Shown here in pieces: positions 9,470 to 20,622 of a stretch of 64,000 nucleotides of DNA. The position numbers were made by a program, and so were the translations under genes. The stretch is from an uncultured Nitrososphaerota archaeon (GTDB lineage Archaea > Thermoproteota > Nitrososphaeria > Nitrososphaerales > CADDZS01). Within the stretch, counting starts at the first letter, position 1; each line of letters begins with the position of its first letter. A model generated the notes under the pieces. The model was not told the origin of the DNA and ran no database searches. It saw only the letters and a program-made list of their open reading frames with translations. Location: assembly GCA_963799845.1 (NCBI GenBank), contig CAWCYI010000001.1:1-64000 (forward strand), in the 5' to 3' direction.

Positions 9470-11428
9470 TCAGACTGAACTTGGAATCACCTTTAGTGAT
9501 TCGGGATTCTCGATGTTCGATACATCGCCTAGGGGTTGATTCAGATACTTTGCTTTTACGAGTCGTCTTACAAGTTTAGCATTTCGTGTCTTTGGAATCG
9601 AAATTATGAATTCGATCCGGTTTGGTTTCAAAGGACGGCCAAGTTCGTTTGCAACGTGATTGCTGAGTTCAGCTGCCAACTTGTCGGATGGAGGGAATTC
9701 AGGCCGCAACACGACGAAGCAAACGATAGCTTCGCCCTTGAGCTCATCTGGGACGCCAATCGCTACCGATTCCAACACAGACGGATGGGACGATAGGACA
9801 CTCTCCACTTCAGTCGGCCCGAGTCTCTTGCCGGCGATTTTTATCGTATCATCACTCCGTCCGTGTAGAAACCAGTAACCATCCGAATCTATCGACGCCC
9901 AGTCCCCGTGAATCCATACGTCCGGGAACCTCGACCAGTAGGTCTCAATATAACGATCGTTAGCCTTCCACAATCCTCGAGTCATGCTGGGCCATGGCTT
10001 CTTTACTGCGAGCTCGCCCGTTTGTCCTCTCAGCGGATTCCCTTTTTCGTCCAGCACGTCAGCATCAATTCCAAGAGCTGGCACTCCAACGCTGCAAGAT
10101 TTGATCGGTAGAATAATATGAACTGAAAGAAAGCATGCTCCTACCTCCGTACCACCTGCTAAATTCACAATCGGGCAGCTTTGCTTTCCAACATTTTCGA
10201 AAAGCCACAAGTAAGGATCTGGATTCCATGGTTCTCCCGTGGAACCGAACTTTTTCAATGAGGTCAGCTTGTGGCCGAGCAGTGGGGCAGTCCCATGCCT
10301 CATAAGCGCCCTTACTAGAGTTGGAGAGATTCCTAAGCTTGTGACTCGAAACTTGTCTACAATATCCCACAGTCTATCCGGATCAGGATAATCTGGCGCT
10401 CCATCGTAAATGAGTAGCGTACCGCCGAGAGAAAAGACCCCAACGATTTCCCAGGGCGCCATTATCCACCCCATGTCCGTTACCCAGAATAGAATATCAT
10501 CCGACCTGAAATCCATCTGGAACGAAACCTCTTCCACGACTTTAACTAGGAAACCTCCATGAACGTGAACCGCGCCCTTCGGCTTGCCGGTCGTGCCCGA
10601 GGTATAGATTATCATGAATGGATCTTCTGCGTCCATCTCCTCCGAAATTATTGATGAATCCGATTTCTCAACAACCGTCCAGTCGAATTCCCGGACCTCT
10701 CCTTTCAGATCGTATTCCCCAACTTGTTCTCGATCTGGATCAGTGCCAAACACTAGTACCGATCTTACTGATGGGGCAGATCGAATTGCCTGCCAAGCAA
10801 TTTCGCGCATTTGAATCGTCTTCCCGCGCCGCTCAAACGTTTCAGTAGTGATCAAAGCAACGGCATCACAATCCGACAATCTCGTCGCGATCGCCTCTGG
10901 GCCGTATCCGGAAAACAGCGGAACAACTATCGCCCCGATCTTGATTATTGCAAGAAATGAAGCCACTGCTTCAGGAATCAGTGGCATGTAGATTCCGACC
11001 TTGTCACCCTTTCTAACTCCGAGTGTATCTCTCAACGCATTTGCGATTTTATTCGTCAGCGTGAGCATCTCAGAGTACGTGAAGGTTCTAGAGACTCCGG
11101 ACTCGATTTCAGAAATTAGCGCTGTTTTCTTGGAGAGATTTTTCTGCTGCTTCTCTAAGCAGTTTTGTGCAATGTTGATTTTACCGTTGACGAACCATTT
11201 TGCCCACTGGATTCCTCTAGACGAGTCCATCACTCGAGAGTAAGGCTTGCTCCACCGTATTCCGAGAAAACACGAAACTGCATTCCAAAACCATTCAAGA
11301 TCATCGAGTGCCCTTGATCTTAGGTCATTGAAATTCTTGCAGCCGCAATAGTTAATGAACCTCGCGAGATTTGAATTCTTCAAGATGTCCTCTGAGGGTT
11401 CCCAGATGAACTTCGATTCATTCGACAT
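9470..11428 (-). CDS. acs: AMP-forming acetyl/acyl-CoA synthetase
   Basis: YTSGTTGKPKG, TDMGW, GEPWN, GRSDDTIKIAGKR, PKTRNAK. Confidence 0.9.
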   Translation of the reverse strand: MSNESKFIWEPSEDILKNSNLARFINYCGCKNFNDLRSRALDDLEWFWNAVSCFLGIRWSKPYSRVMDSSRGIQWAKWFVNGKINIAQNCLEKQQKNLSKKTALISEIESGVSRTFTYSEMLTLTNKIANALRDTLGVRKGDKVGIYMPLIPEAVASFLAIIKIGAIVVPLFSGYGPEAIATRLSDCDAVALITTETFERRGKTIQMREIAWQAIRSAPSVRSVLVFGTDPDREQVGEYDLKGEVREFDWTVVEKSDSSIISEEMDAEDPFMIIYTSGTTGKPKGAVHVHGGFLVKVVEEVSFQMDFRSDDILFWVTDMGWIMAPWEIVGVFSLGGTLLIYDGAPDYPDPDRLWDIVDKFRVTSLGISPTLVRALMRHGTAPLLGHKLTSLKKFGSTGEPWNPDPYLWLFENVGKQSCPIVNLAGGTEVGACFLSVHIILPIKSCSVGVPALGIDADVLDEKGNPLRGQTGELAVKKPWPSMTRGLWKANDRYIETYWSRFPDVWIHGDWASIDSDGYWFLHGRSDDTIKIAGKRLGPTEVESVLSSHPSVLESVAIGVPDELKGEAIVCFVVLRPEFPPSDKLAAELSNHVANELGRPLKPNRIEFIISIPKTRNAKLVRRLVKAKYLNQPLGDVSNIENPESLKVIPSSV

Positions 11429-11474
11429 GGGATCGTCCTACTAGAGAAACTATAACGTCTTATCGAGATATTCT

Positions 11475-13287
11475 TTAGCCAGATCTCTCAAGTTCGGAAA
11501 GGATCTGCGAGATTTGATCAAATCCGCCCTGCCAGAAGCTCTTCGAACGAATGTTGAATCGAGCTTCAGTAAGTATTTTTTCCGGCGACTCTGACCCGCC
11601 ATATGAGAGCAGTTTGATGTATTTGGGCGCGAATGACGGAGCGCCTTCCTTCTTGAATTGGCTGTAAAGAGCCATTACCAAGAGATTGCCCCAAGCGTAC
11701 GAGTAGCAGTAAAATGGGGACTGGTATATGTGAGGGATTGACAGCCACTCATTCTTGAATCCTTCGGGTATCTCGAGCGAATTGCCGAATTGAATTTTCA
11801 GATTGTCATAGTAAGAATCGCAAAGCGTATCGACGTTTACGCCATGTGATATTTTTTCGTGCGCTTCCAGTTCAAACATAACGAAGAAAGCCTGCCTCAT
11901 TATGGTGGCGTAACTGTCGTTCATCAGATCGACTAACAAGCTTTTTCTCGTCAAATCGTCGGCTTCAGACAACAGTCTGTCGGTCAATAGCAACTCCGCG
12001 AACACTGAAGCAGTTTCTGCGAGGGGCAGCGGGGCCTCATAGGTCAGCTCGTTGTCATTTCTTTTCGAGGATAGTTGCGTGTGGACTGCGTGTCCGAGCT
12101 CGTGTGCAAGTGTCGAAACACTCCTAGGTTTCCCGGTATAACTCATCAATACGTAGGGAGTTATGTCGGGAGTCACGCTCATGCAGTATGCGCCACCTAT
12201 TTTTCCTTCTCTAGGCTCCGCATCTATGTGCGATTCCGAGAATAGATTCGTGGCCATCGCCGCGAAGGTTTTGTCAAAGGCCTCAAAGGTGCTCAATATT
12301 AGATCTCTACCGTCCTTCCACGAGAACATTTGTTCGGCTTCAACGGGCAACGGTGCGTAGACGTCTGTCCTTGATATCTCTGATAATCCCAAAACTCTGG
12401 CTTTGAATTTGAAGAACCTCTGAAAAAGGGAAGCATTTTCTTTGCAAGTGGCAAGTAGGACATTGACCGCTTCATCCGGAACATCGTTTGCAACATTTCG
12501 AATCGAAATCGGGCTCTGGTATTTTCTCAGTTTTATTCCTTCGTTGCGCCAATCATTGACGAGTGATTTGTAAATCTCTCCAAGCACATCTCTGTTTAGT
12601 TCAAACTTTAGCATCATCGATTGATACGCGGCACGACGTTCTTCCTTCTTTTCACTGTAGAATAAATCGCGGACTTGTTCTTCGGTAAGCTTTCTCGCTT
12701 CTGTTCCAGTGACGACTTCGTAAGTAAAAGAATCTCGAATCTGGTGATATAACTGCAGGAGAGTCTGCTCTTCCGGTCACGTCTTTCAAGTTGATCGTTT
12801 GTTCGACCGTCTCGGAAAGAGTATACGGCTTGGTCGCAATAAGGTGTCGCAGATAGTACGAGTAACTGGAAGAATTATCGAGTAGGACTGAAGTCTTCTC
12901 TGAATCCAGCGATTTCCACCAGAGTTCGAAGAAAAGAGTCCTGTTAGCGGCGTCCGCTTCAATTTCTTCCGCTCTTGATTTGAACGTCCGGGCATCCTGC
13001 GATTTTGTGTCCTGAGAGAAGTACATGTAAGCGTAACTTCCCAGTTTCGCCCTAATTCGGCAGATGCTTTCGTAATCATCCAAGAGTCTCATGAATTCGC
13101 CATTGGTGATGGATTCGCTTAGCAAAGTCCGTGAACTTTCAAATTCCACAAGCATCCCCTCAAGGTGATCTAGGACTGACGATTGGAAGATTTTTCCCGA
13201 AGTTGCAGGCAGCACATCACCCAGATTCCATCGAACATCAATCGCTGGACCCGCAAAACTGGTTCCGCTTTGGGCTACTTGGCTCAT
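11475..13287 (-). CDS. pepF: M3B oligoendopeptidase F, frameshifted near 12763
   Basis: WNLGD N-terminus, KPYTLS, GK.GGAYC, TLAHELGHAVH, LAETAS, HIYQSPFYCYSY. Confidence 0.9.
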
Positions 13288-13397
13288 GAAAACTACGATA
13301 TCTGCATGACTTTTCTGTTCATAATCCTATTTGTCAGTGCAGAGATGATTTCTGGGAAACCGATATTTGAAATACTGGAAAATCTCGAAGTCAAACA

Positions 13398-13847
13398 ATG
13401 TTCTACGAAGATTTCGAGGTTGGGGCTAAGCAAACAACGTATGGTAGGACTATCACTGAGGCTGATATCGTGATTTTTGCGGGAATGACCGGAGCGAACA
13501 ATCCTCTTTTTCTGGATGAAGAATTTTCGCGGAAATCATCTTTTGGTCACAGAATTGCGCCCGGTCTGCTAACCTTGTCGGTAGCCACGGGTCTGACTTA
13601 TCAGCTTCCAACCGGTCCTTTCGGAGAAGGATTCGTCGCGCTGATTGGCATGTCCTTTAGGGCTAGTAAGCCCGTGTTCGCTGGTGATACTCTGACCGTT
13701 GAGGTACTAGTCAAAGACAAACTTCCTCCAAAAGATGGAAGGGGCAGGGTCGCTCTTGACATGAAAGTGTCAAATCAGAAGGGAGATCAGGTCATGAGCG
13801 TCGAAGGAAACTTTCTAGTAAAAGAAAAGAACTCAACTGTGATCTAA
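13398..13847 (+). CDS. MaoC family dehydratase
   Basis: YEDFEVG, RTITEADIVIFAGMTGANNPL, RIAPG, PVFAGDT. Confidence 0.9.
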   Translation: MFYEDFEVGAKQTTYGRTITEADIVIFAGMTGANNPLFLDEEFSRKSSFGHRIAPGLLTLSVATGLTYQLPTGPFGEGFVALIGMSFRASKPVFAGDTLTVEVLVKDKLPPKDGRGRVALDMKVSNQKGDQVMSVEGNFLVKEKNSTVI

Positions 13848-15004
13848 GAAGCAATTCTTACATATTTTTCGATGCGATTCAGGCCGGCGCGAAGCTTCGG
13901 CTTCTCCACGGAGAATGAGATTCTGATGTGACCTTCCCCGGCGTCTCCAAAGGCCGATCCTGGAATTGTCGCGACTTTATTCGTTTTCAGTAATCTCATT
14001 GAAAAGGAAAGAGAGCTTCCATATTGATGGGGAATCTTCGGGAATACATAGAACGAGCCCCTAGGCTCTTGATAATCCCAACCCAGACGATCGAGATAGT
14101 TGCAGACAAAGTCTCGTTTCTCCTCAAAGCGCCGCAAGATAGGCTTGAAAAAGGACAGGGAGTGCTTTAGTGCGGCGATACCCGCAGTCTGAACGAAAGA
14201 AGTTGCGCAGACGGCGTTATACATATTGAACCTTATCATTGAATTCACAATATCAGAACTCCCAGCAGCATACCCTAACCGCCAGCCGGTCATACCGAAA
14301 GTTTTCGCAAAACCGTTAATCGTGATTACTCTTTCGCGAAATTCAGCGATTGACCCGGGGCTAAAATGTCTCGCTCCATCGTACAGATATTTCTCGTAAA
14401 TTTCATCCGAGATTATGTAGAGATTGTGCTCGACCGCGAATTCGCATGCCTTTTCGATGGAGTCCTTTTTCAGAACTGAACCGGTCGGATTGCAAGGTGA
14501 ATTGATGACGAGTAATTTTGTTTTTCTGGAGCAGCGTTTCTCCATTTCTCCAAAATCAAGCGCGAAACCTTCGTATTCCACCGTGGGAACTTCAACGCAA
14601 GTCCCTCCGGCAAGCATAGCCGAGTTCTTGTAAGCGACAAAGAGTGGAGCTGGAAGAAGAACCTCATCGCCGGGATTGAGAAGGCAGTTCATTACGACAA
14701 AGATTGCCTGAGTCGCGCCGGAGGTCACTATTACCTGAGATTTTGGATCTACGATGATCCCATTCTCCCGTCGGAGTTTCTTCGCGATCTCTTCTCTTCA
14801 CTCCAGCAAGCCCGCGTTTGCTGTGTATTTTCCAAATCCTTCATCAATCGATTTCTCCGCCGCTTCCCGAACAAAGTTGGGAGCGTTGAAATCTGGCTCT
14901 CCGATCCCGAGATCGATAACGTCTTTCATGGATTGAGCCATATCAAATATTTCACGGATACCTGATTTCGGAACCCGTGTGACGCGCTCAGAAAATAACC
15001 CCAA
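13844..15004 (-). CDS. Class I PLP aminotransferase, in-frame TGA at 14798-14800
   Basis: SGIREIF, GIGEPDF, YTANAG in the same frame as NSPCNPTG, SDEIYE, GFAKTFGMTGWRLG. Confidence 0.88.
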
Positions 15005-15121
15005 AACAAATGTCTCCGGTTTAATTGCCTCTAATAATCATTCTCCGTCGGTCCCAAGAGATTGTACGTTTACTAGAGATAATTTCGTTGACTGGAAAAG
15101 GGTTAAGAAAAAAATAGTTAA

Positions 15122-15322
15122 TTACTTGCTAAGTTTTTCATCGTTGGATTTTTTTGATGTCTTCGTCTTAACACGCGATTGCCACAGAACTTCAATTTCG
15201 TAAGACGAATATCCCCTTTCCAACCCCTCCTTTTCCGTCTCTGTTATGGAATTGACCAAATTCGTCGTATAGTTTTTCCAGAGTTTGTCGGCCTCTTCGC
15301 GATTGAATTTCTTGCGGGGCAA
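15122..15322 (-). CDS. Small hypothetical protein
   Basis: 66-aa TTG ORF, charged, co-oriented with its neighbours. Confidence 0.55.
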   Translation of the reverse strand: MPRKKFNREEADKLWKNYTTNLVNSITETEKEGLERGYSSYEIEVLWQSRVKTKTSKKSNDEKLSK

Positions 15323-15394
15323 TTTGGGGTACCTAAATCGGCCAATTCTAAAATAATACTTTCTTCTCGTTCTTTAGAAACGCGTTACAATTGG

Positions 15395-16081
15395 TTAGAG
15401 ATTATTCTGGCTAATTACCTCGTTAATCCACGACTCTGATTCGATCTTCGTAAAACTGCCGTGACCCGGGTAGACATCCGTGGACCCAGGCAATGCCATA
15501 ATTTGCTTCAACGAAGAAACCATTACCTCTGAATCGGCACCCATTCCATCGAGACGTCCATATCCGCCTGCAAAAAGGGTGTCTCCCGAAAAAAGAACCC
15601 CTAATTTTTCTTCGTACAGGCATATCGAACCCTCCGTGTGGCCGGGAGTGTGTATCACCTTTAGGGTCGTATTCGGCCCGATGCGCAACTCAGCTTCGTT
15701 CACAAGCTGAATGTCTGGCTCGATCGGTTTTTTCTGAATGTGTAGTTGTTCCGATGCCTCGTCTTCGGAAGCCAAGCGATATGCGTCAAGCTCGTGAATT
15801 GCAATCTTCGCCCCCGTCGATTTTCTCAGAATGTCATCCTCAGCGGTGTGATCAGTGTGCCCGTGAGAGTTCACGATCAGCTCGAGCCGGAGATCAAGTT
15901 CGCGCAATCTCTTCAGTATCGCTCCCGAGCCCTGTGCAACATCGATCAAGGTGCACTTGTCGTTTCCATCTTCGTACAGAATGTAAACGTTGTTTGAGAG
16001 GGGTGGTACGACGAGAGCCTCTATCCGAAATTTATCCTTTCTAATGGATCGTCTCGCTGAAATAATGGCACCACTTTCCAT
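15395..16081 (-). CDS. Metallo-beta-lactamase fold hydrolase (glyoxalase II-like)
   Basis: SHGHTDH, HTPGHTEG, SGDTLF, PGHG. Confidence 0.92.
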   Translation of the reverse strand: MESGAIISARRSIRKDKFRIEALVVPPLSNNVYILYEDGNDKCTLIDVAQGSGAILKRLRELDLRLELIVNSHGHTDHTAEDDILRKSTGAKIAIHELDAYRLASEDEASEQLHIQKKPIEPDIQLVNEAELRIGPNTTLKVIHTPGHTEGSICLYEEKLGVLFSGDTLFAGGYGRLDGMGADSEVMVSSLKQIMALPGSTDVYPGHGSFTKIESESWINEVISQNNL

Positions 16082-16110
16082 AGCCGCTCGATCCTAGAAG
16101 CAATAAAGTT

Positions 16111-16431
16111 TCAAGAGTTCGAGGCGGGTGATTCGTCGTCCTCAGCCTCGTCGTCAAGATTTTCCGAATTTATCGAGTCTGAAACCCTCTTCATGTTGTA
16201 TCCAATCAGAAGACCCCCCGTGATCATAATGTAAGGAAAAGCAGAGACCAGATATCTGTAAGCATCAGAATGAATGCATGCCGAAGCATTTGCCCTGCAT
16301 ATCGAACTCTCGGAAAGGACAACGCCGACGGGAATAACCAGCATTAGAGCCCCGACTGAAAAAAGCACGACGATCGATTTTCTCGTCAGCTCGATCTTTC
16401 CTGATTGCGAATTTGCCAGTGGATTGCTCAT
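16111..16431 (-). CDS. Small membrane protein (2 TM)
   Basis: Two hydrophobic segments and an acidic tail; overlaps the AcnX small subunit stop by 4 nt. Confidence 0.7.
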   Translation of the reverse strand: MSNPLANSQSGKIELTRKSIVVLFSVGALMLVIPVGVVLSESSICRANASACIHSDAYRYLVSAFPYIMITGGLLIGYNMKRVSDSINSENLDDEAEDDESPASNS

Positions 16432-16829
16432 GGTTCGATTTTCAACTCGGATTTGTTCGAGTCCACAATGATTTCCTTTGAATCTTTCAATTCAGAAATA
16501 TCGTTTTCGGGTAGGTCAAAGAGAGGGATTCCCGCAAGCGCGCAACCAGAGGCGGTGATTATGTCCGAATTTTGATTTATTATTGCCTTCGGGGCCTTTC
16601 CGTTCTTCTTCAAGCGGTAGATAACGTAGGCGCCAACCGAGCTGCCCACCGTATTCGGAAATACCAGAATCTTTCCTGAAAAAGGTTGATCATAGATTGG
16701 ACTCTTGCTGTCAGAAACCGTCCCTTTTTCAGGATTGACGCCTTGGAGAAATGCTATCGGATCGGAGGAATACAGTGAAGGACCTTTTGCTCTTCCCTCA
16801 ACGATTGCCCTAACTTTAAGTATTTTCAT
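16428..16829 (-). CDS. Aconitase X swivel subunit (phosphomevalonate dehydratase small subunit)
   Basis: IAFLQGVNP..G, GKILVFPNTVGSSVGAYVIY, APKAII. Confidence 0.92.
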   Translation of the reverse strand: MKILKVRAIVEGRAKGPSLYSSDPIAFLQGVNPEKGTVSDSKSPIYDQPFSGKILVFPNTVGSSVGAYVIYRLKKNGKAPKAIINQNSDIITASGCALAGIPLFDLPENDISELKDSKEIIVDSNKSELKIEP

Positions 16830-18052
16830 ACAGAATTTTCCTCGATTATTCTTTTCGTATCTTTCAACGCAATCTTAACGCCGTGAACTTTGCGCATGTA
16901 ATGCGCTCCCTTGCATGAATCAGTTTCTACCGAGTCCACATCAAGCGCTGATATCAGAGGAGTAAAATCAGCGCAGGCATCTCTCACGAAAGTACCTCCT
17001 GCCTCTTCTATGATATCCGCGTAACCTCTCGTTCTTGCCATTTCGTAGATCTTTGAAGAGCAAAAAACATAGCATTTCTTACGCAGGTTTTTCCCATGTA
17101 ACATTCTACTCAGTTCGTACAGTTCCTCGATAGTCATCTGGGGACAGCCGAAAATGATTACCTCGCCTTCGCCTGATTGCGACAGATCGGAGAAGGTGTC
17201 TTCGTACTCTTTCTCAGTGAATTCGATTGTCTCGACCTTTTCTTTGGAATTCGGGACGAACATTCCTGAGCTCCCCGTCGTGCCGATTGCTGCACAGAGT
17301 GCTTTGGCCTCGGACATCTGAAGATCCAACTTTTGTCCCTGGAATCCAATCACCCCTGGAACCTGTTTTCCTGCAAAGTATCCCAGTACCCCAAAATCGA
17401 CGGAGCCAGAAAGACCCTTTTTGCCCGCGGTCGCCCTTTTCTCCATTTTGATTTTGATGTTCTTCGAGGGCTTCCTGTTTTTGGGTATGTGGAGATCGGA
17501 ATACACAGTCTTTCCAGTCAAGGCACTCGCGAGGGCACTTACTGCGCTCTCTCTATTCGTCTTCAAACCAAGTATCGAATTTGCGTAGACCGCTGCTGAA
17601 GATTCAGCCCAGGCGACGCTCGTCCCCTTCCTAGGAACTTTGAACGATTGAAACGGAACGCAAGTGAAGGAGCTTGCAATTCCGAGTTTTTCATAATAAG
17701 AAATAATCTTTAGCTGTCTATCTGCATATTCTGCAGGGATATTGAGAGAATCCCAATTTTCGATATCCATTCCGCAGGGATTCACAGTTGTGAATACTCT
17801 GAACTTTGTTCCGCGGGTTGAACTTATCCTCTTAAGGAAGTCGAGCCCGAACTCACCGATGGTTAGGTATGACACGCCGGAAACGTGCGCCCACTTTATG
17901 GGTATCAGTTTCTTTGCATTGCTAATTTTTCCTATGGCGATGAGTACCCTATAGGCAATTTCAAGTGCTTCACCGTTTTCTCCGGCAAGAGCTTTTTCTT
18001 CGCTGTTAGTCAGAAACAATAGGACATCATCAAGCTGCCGATCAAGATTCAC
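16826..18052 (-). CDS. Aconitase X catalytic subunit (phosphomevalonate dehydratase large subunit)
   Basis: AHVSGVSY, TTVNP, FTCVP, AWAESSA..YANS..G.KTNRE, FGCPQ, TDSCKGAHY. Confidence 0.93.
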   Translation of the reverse strand: MNLDRQLDDVLLFLTNSEEKALAGENGEALEIAYRVLIAIGKISNAKKLIPIKWAHVSGVSYLTIGEFGLDFLKRISSTRGTKFRVFTTVNPCGMDIENWDSLNIPAEYADRQLKIISYYEKLGIASSFTCVPFQSFKVPRKGTSVAWAESSAAVYANSILGLKTNRESAVSALASALTGKTVYSDLHIPKNRKPSKNIKIKMEKRATAGKKGLSGSVDFGVLGYFAGKQVPGVIGFQGQKLDLQMSEAKALCAAIGTTGSSGMFVPNSKEKVETIEFTEKEYEDTFSDLSQSGEGEVIIFGCPQMTIEELYELSRMLHGKNLRKKCYVFCSSKIYEMARTRGYADIIEEAGGTFVRDACADFTPLISALDVDSVETDSCKGAHYMRKVHGVKIALKDTKRIIEENSV

Positions 18053-19760
18053 GCGTTATCCTTTTTTCGAGATTCGTCAAAAGTTCTCGAGTCCCGGAAA
18101 CCTCTGGAATTTTTGCGCGTTCGAATTTCTTGCGATCTAGATTCACTGGAAGAGTTGCATCCAATCCTATCTTTGAAGTTACCCCCGATTTTCCACATGA
18201 AGGATCGAGACTCGATCCCCTCGCGCCATTCACCTCAATAAGACCATTTGCTGCCTGAAATCTAGTTGACAGCGCCCATTCCACCGCGGCGAGATCAAAC
18301 GGATCGACGTCACCATCCACAGCGATTACTAATTTCAGCGGATGAGATGCGGCAAAACAGTTCAAAATTGCGGTCTTGCCATCTCCATCGCTCGATTTCT
18401 CGATGCTGACAACACAGTGAAAGTATCCGCTACCGGCAGGAGTCAAATTGATACCGCGGAACTTTGGGATTGATTTTGACAGAGCATCCCTGATTTTTAG
18501 TTCCTGAGGAAGACCCATGAACATCGAGTGTTCACGAGTACTTGCTACAACGGCCTGATAGACGGCGCCGGACGAATAATGCATACGTTCAAAAGTTATG
18601 ACAGGTTGCTTTCGAACTCCATCATAAGTCCCAGTGAGGTCAACGAAAGGGCCCTCGTCTACGAGTTCGTTGAAATCAATGAATCCCTCAAGCACGAACT
18701 CGCTGTCCCGTGGTACGGAAATGTCGCTCGATTCGGAGGAAATGAGTTCGAGTTTTCCCCCGCATAATGAGTTGGCGATGTCATATTCGCTGACCCGGTA
18801 CTGCAATTGAAAAGATGCGGAAACAAAAACCTCTGGAGGCGGGCCTATAATCATGCTGATTGGGACTCTGTCGCCAGCGTCTTTTGCAATCTGGTTTAGG
18901 TGTCTCGGGACTACCCTCGTCGCAACTTTGTTTTTGGAAAGGACGAGCATCCTGTGAAACGAAAGGTTCTCAGAATCAGTGCCTGGAAACTTAGCGGCGA
19001 CAATCCCGGCGGTGAGATAGTATCCAGCATCATTTTCAAAGTGTTTCAACACCGGCAATTTGGAGAGATCAGCTTCCTCGTTGAACTCCCAATCAGATTT
19101 CCTGAAACTAGAAGCACGGCCCTTAGGAGTCGGATTCTTGATCGCGTTTTCAAGCGAATCCAAAAGAGTTCCTTTGTTCAGTCTTAGGCCGAGCTCGATA
19201 TTTTCTCGCGTAGCCAAGAGATTTCCCGCAACACTGAACGCTGATCCATACACGCTTTCAAAAAGAAACGGATGATCCTGAAATTTAGATAGTACTGATG
19301 AGATTTGGAAATCCGGAGATACGTTTTCCTTTACTATGGTCAGCGAGTGGTTTGCTTTGAGGGAGCTTAGAAACTCCTTCAAACTAGGCGATAAATCCCT
19401 GTTCAGCAAGTTTCTAACTTCGTTAATCAGTGTTTTCATAGAAGTTGTATCTAGTTCCTCTCTAAGATACAAAGAGATCACCGCGATTCCATGAAGTTTG
19501 CCCGCGAGCATTTCCCCCACCATTCCCGCAAAAATAGCTCCCTTACTTTCGGGGATAAGAGCTGACGAAGTGAGTCTCTCTCCTGTTTTTATCGCGACTG
19601 TTATAGCTCCCATCCTCGATGACTTTCCTTCTGATATGCTTGAGAAACAACCATTTGACAATGTCAGCAAATCGATCTCGAAAACTCGTCCCATAACATT
19701 GCACTCAGAAGAGAAAAGTCGCTTCGGCTCAGGATCTTTGTCTTTTGAACGTTCTGACAT
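18042..19760 (-). CDS. UbiD family decarboxylase (anhydromevalonate phosphate decarboxylase-like) with N-terminal proteasome assembly chaperone 4-like domain
   Basis: DAGYYLTAG, NLSFHR, VPRHL, EGPFVDLTGTYD, GSSLDPS, KIGLDAT; the first ~120 aa look like a separate small domain. Confidence 0.88.
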   Translation of the reverse strand: MSERSKDKDPEPKRLFSSECNVMGRVFEIDLLTLSNGCFSSISEGKSSRMGAITVAIKTGERLTSSALIPESKGAIFAGMVGEMLAGKLHGIAVISLYLREELDTTSMKTLINEVRNLLNRDLSPSLKEFLSSLKANHSLTIVKENVSPDFQISSVLSKFQDHPFLFESVYGSAFSVAGNLLATRENIELGLRLNKGTLLDSLENAIKNPTPKGRASSFRKSDWEFNEEADLSKLPVLKHFENDAGYYLTAGIVAAKFPGTDSENLSFHRMLVLSKNKVATRVVPRHLNQIAKDAGDRVPISMIIGPPPEVFVSASFQLQYRVSEYDIANSLCGGKLELISSESSDISVPRDSEFVLEGFIDFNELVDEGPFVDLTGTYDGVRKQPVITFERMHYSSGAVYQAVVASTREHSMFMGLPQELKIRDALSKSIPKFRGINLTPAGSGYFHCVVSIEKSSDGDGKTAILNCFAASHPLKLVIAVDGDVDPFDLAAVEWALSTRFQAANGLIEVNGARGSSLDPSCGKSGVTSKIGLDATLPVNLDRKKFERAKIPEVSGTRELLTNLEKRITRES

Positions 19761-19820
19761 ATTGACTATTTTCTCTTCTTTTAGCTCATTTCAGTGTTGG
19801 TTCAGAGTAATTATAAAGCG

Positions 19821-19852
19821 AACATTCTTCTTCGGCTAGCCGAACGAATGTT
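19821..19852. promoter_or_regulatory. Inverted repeat upstream of the UbiD/AcnX operon promoter (terminator or factor-binding site)
   Basis: AACATTC-TTC-TTCGGCTAGCCGAA-C-GAATGTT beside a minus-strand CTTTATAATT TATA-like box (19809-19818). Confidence 0.4.
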
Positions 19853-19875
19853 TCAAATTCAAAACAGGTTTCGGA

Positions 19876-20271
19876 TCATCTGGCTCTTCGATTGTAAAGG
19901 TGGACCAAATTGACCAATATTACAAGATAGATCATCGCCTGACAGAAATCGAATGCGGGAACTCCTTTCAACAGGCAAGGTGAATTGGAGCAACTTCCTG
20001 TCGCGTTCAGCTGAAATGTCAGAAATGAAAGATTCAAAACCACATTCGATTCACCAAATCCGTTTCCACCATTTGCCGGAGTCGGAGCCGTCATGAGCGC
20101 AGGGTAGGCAACGTATTGGAGATAGCCAGCAATAATTGCAAGTAGAATTAGAGAAATGTTGAGGAGTACGAATTTTGTCGACCAGTATTTGGGTGACTTG
20201 GGAACGGAATCAACCATTGGCTCCTTTCCATCCGCATTGGAAATATGTTCGGATTCGGTCATCTTGCGCAC
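19876..20271 (-). CDS. Membrane hypothetical protein
   Basis: 131 aa with two hydrophobic segments flanking a Cys-containing loop. Confidence 0.7.
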   Translation of the reverse strand: MRKMTESEHISNADGKEPMVDSVPKSPKYWSTKFVLLNISLILLAIIAGYLQYVAYPALMTAPTPANGGNGFGESNVVLNLSFLTFQLNATGSCSNSPCLLKGVPAFDFCQAMIYLVILVNLVHLYNRRAR

Positions 20272-20622
20272 CTAAACCTGCAGGGTTTCGACCCGTTCAG
20301 CAAGGAACTCGATCTTTCCCTCTTTAAGCATGTTCAATCTACAAAAACAGCCTTACTTTGTGGTGTCAGAGACGGACATTCCTAATCTCGGATCTTGAGA
20401 TGTATTTGACGCTCGCTGCTGATTCAGTTTCTTTTGAAGACAGTATATTTTAGAAAAATATTTGTTTTCGGATCCCACGAAGCAGAAGACAAGACATCGC
20501 TAACGAGATGGCATTGGTGACAAGGACGTCAACCATCATCTCAGTATTCATCGAATCATCAATTCCGAAATGAATTATATAACGAAGGGAAGGCGTTTTA
20601 GTGCAAGCATTTGGTAAGACCT

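Noticed and set aside
14798-14800. In-frame TGA as selenocysteine or an alternative genetic code
   Set aside because: The position corresponds to Leu (LLE[L]REEIA), TGA ends many other genes here, and TGAAGA versus TTGAGA looks like a base-calling error
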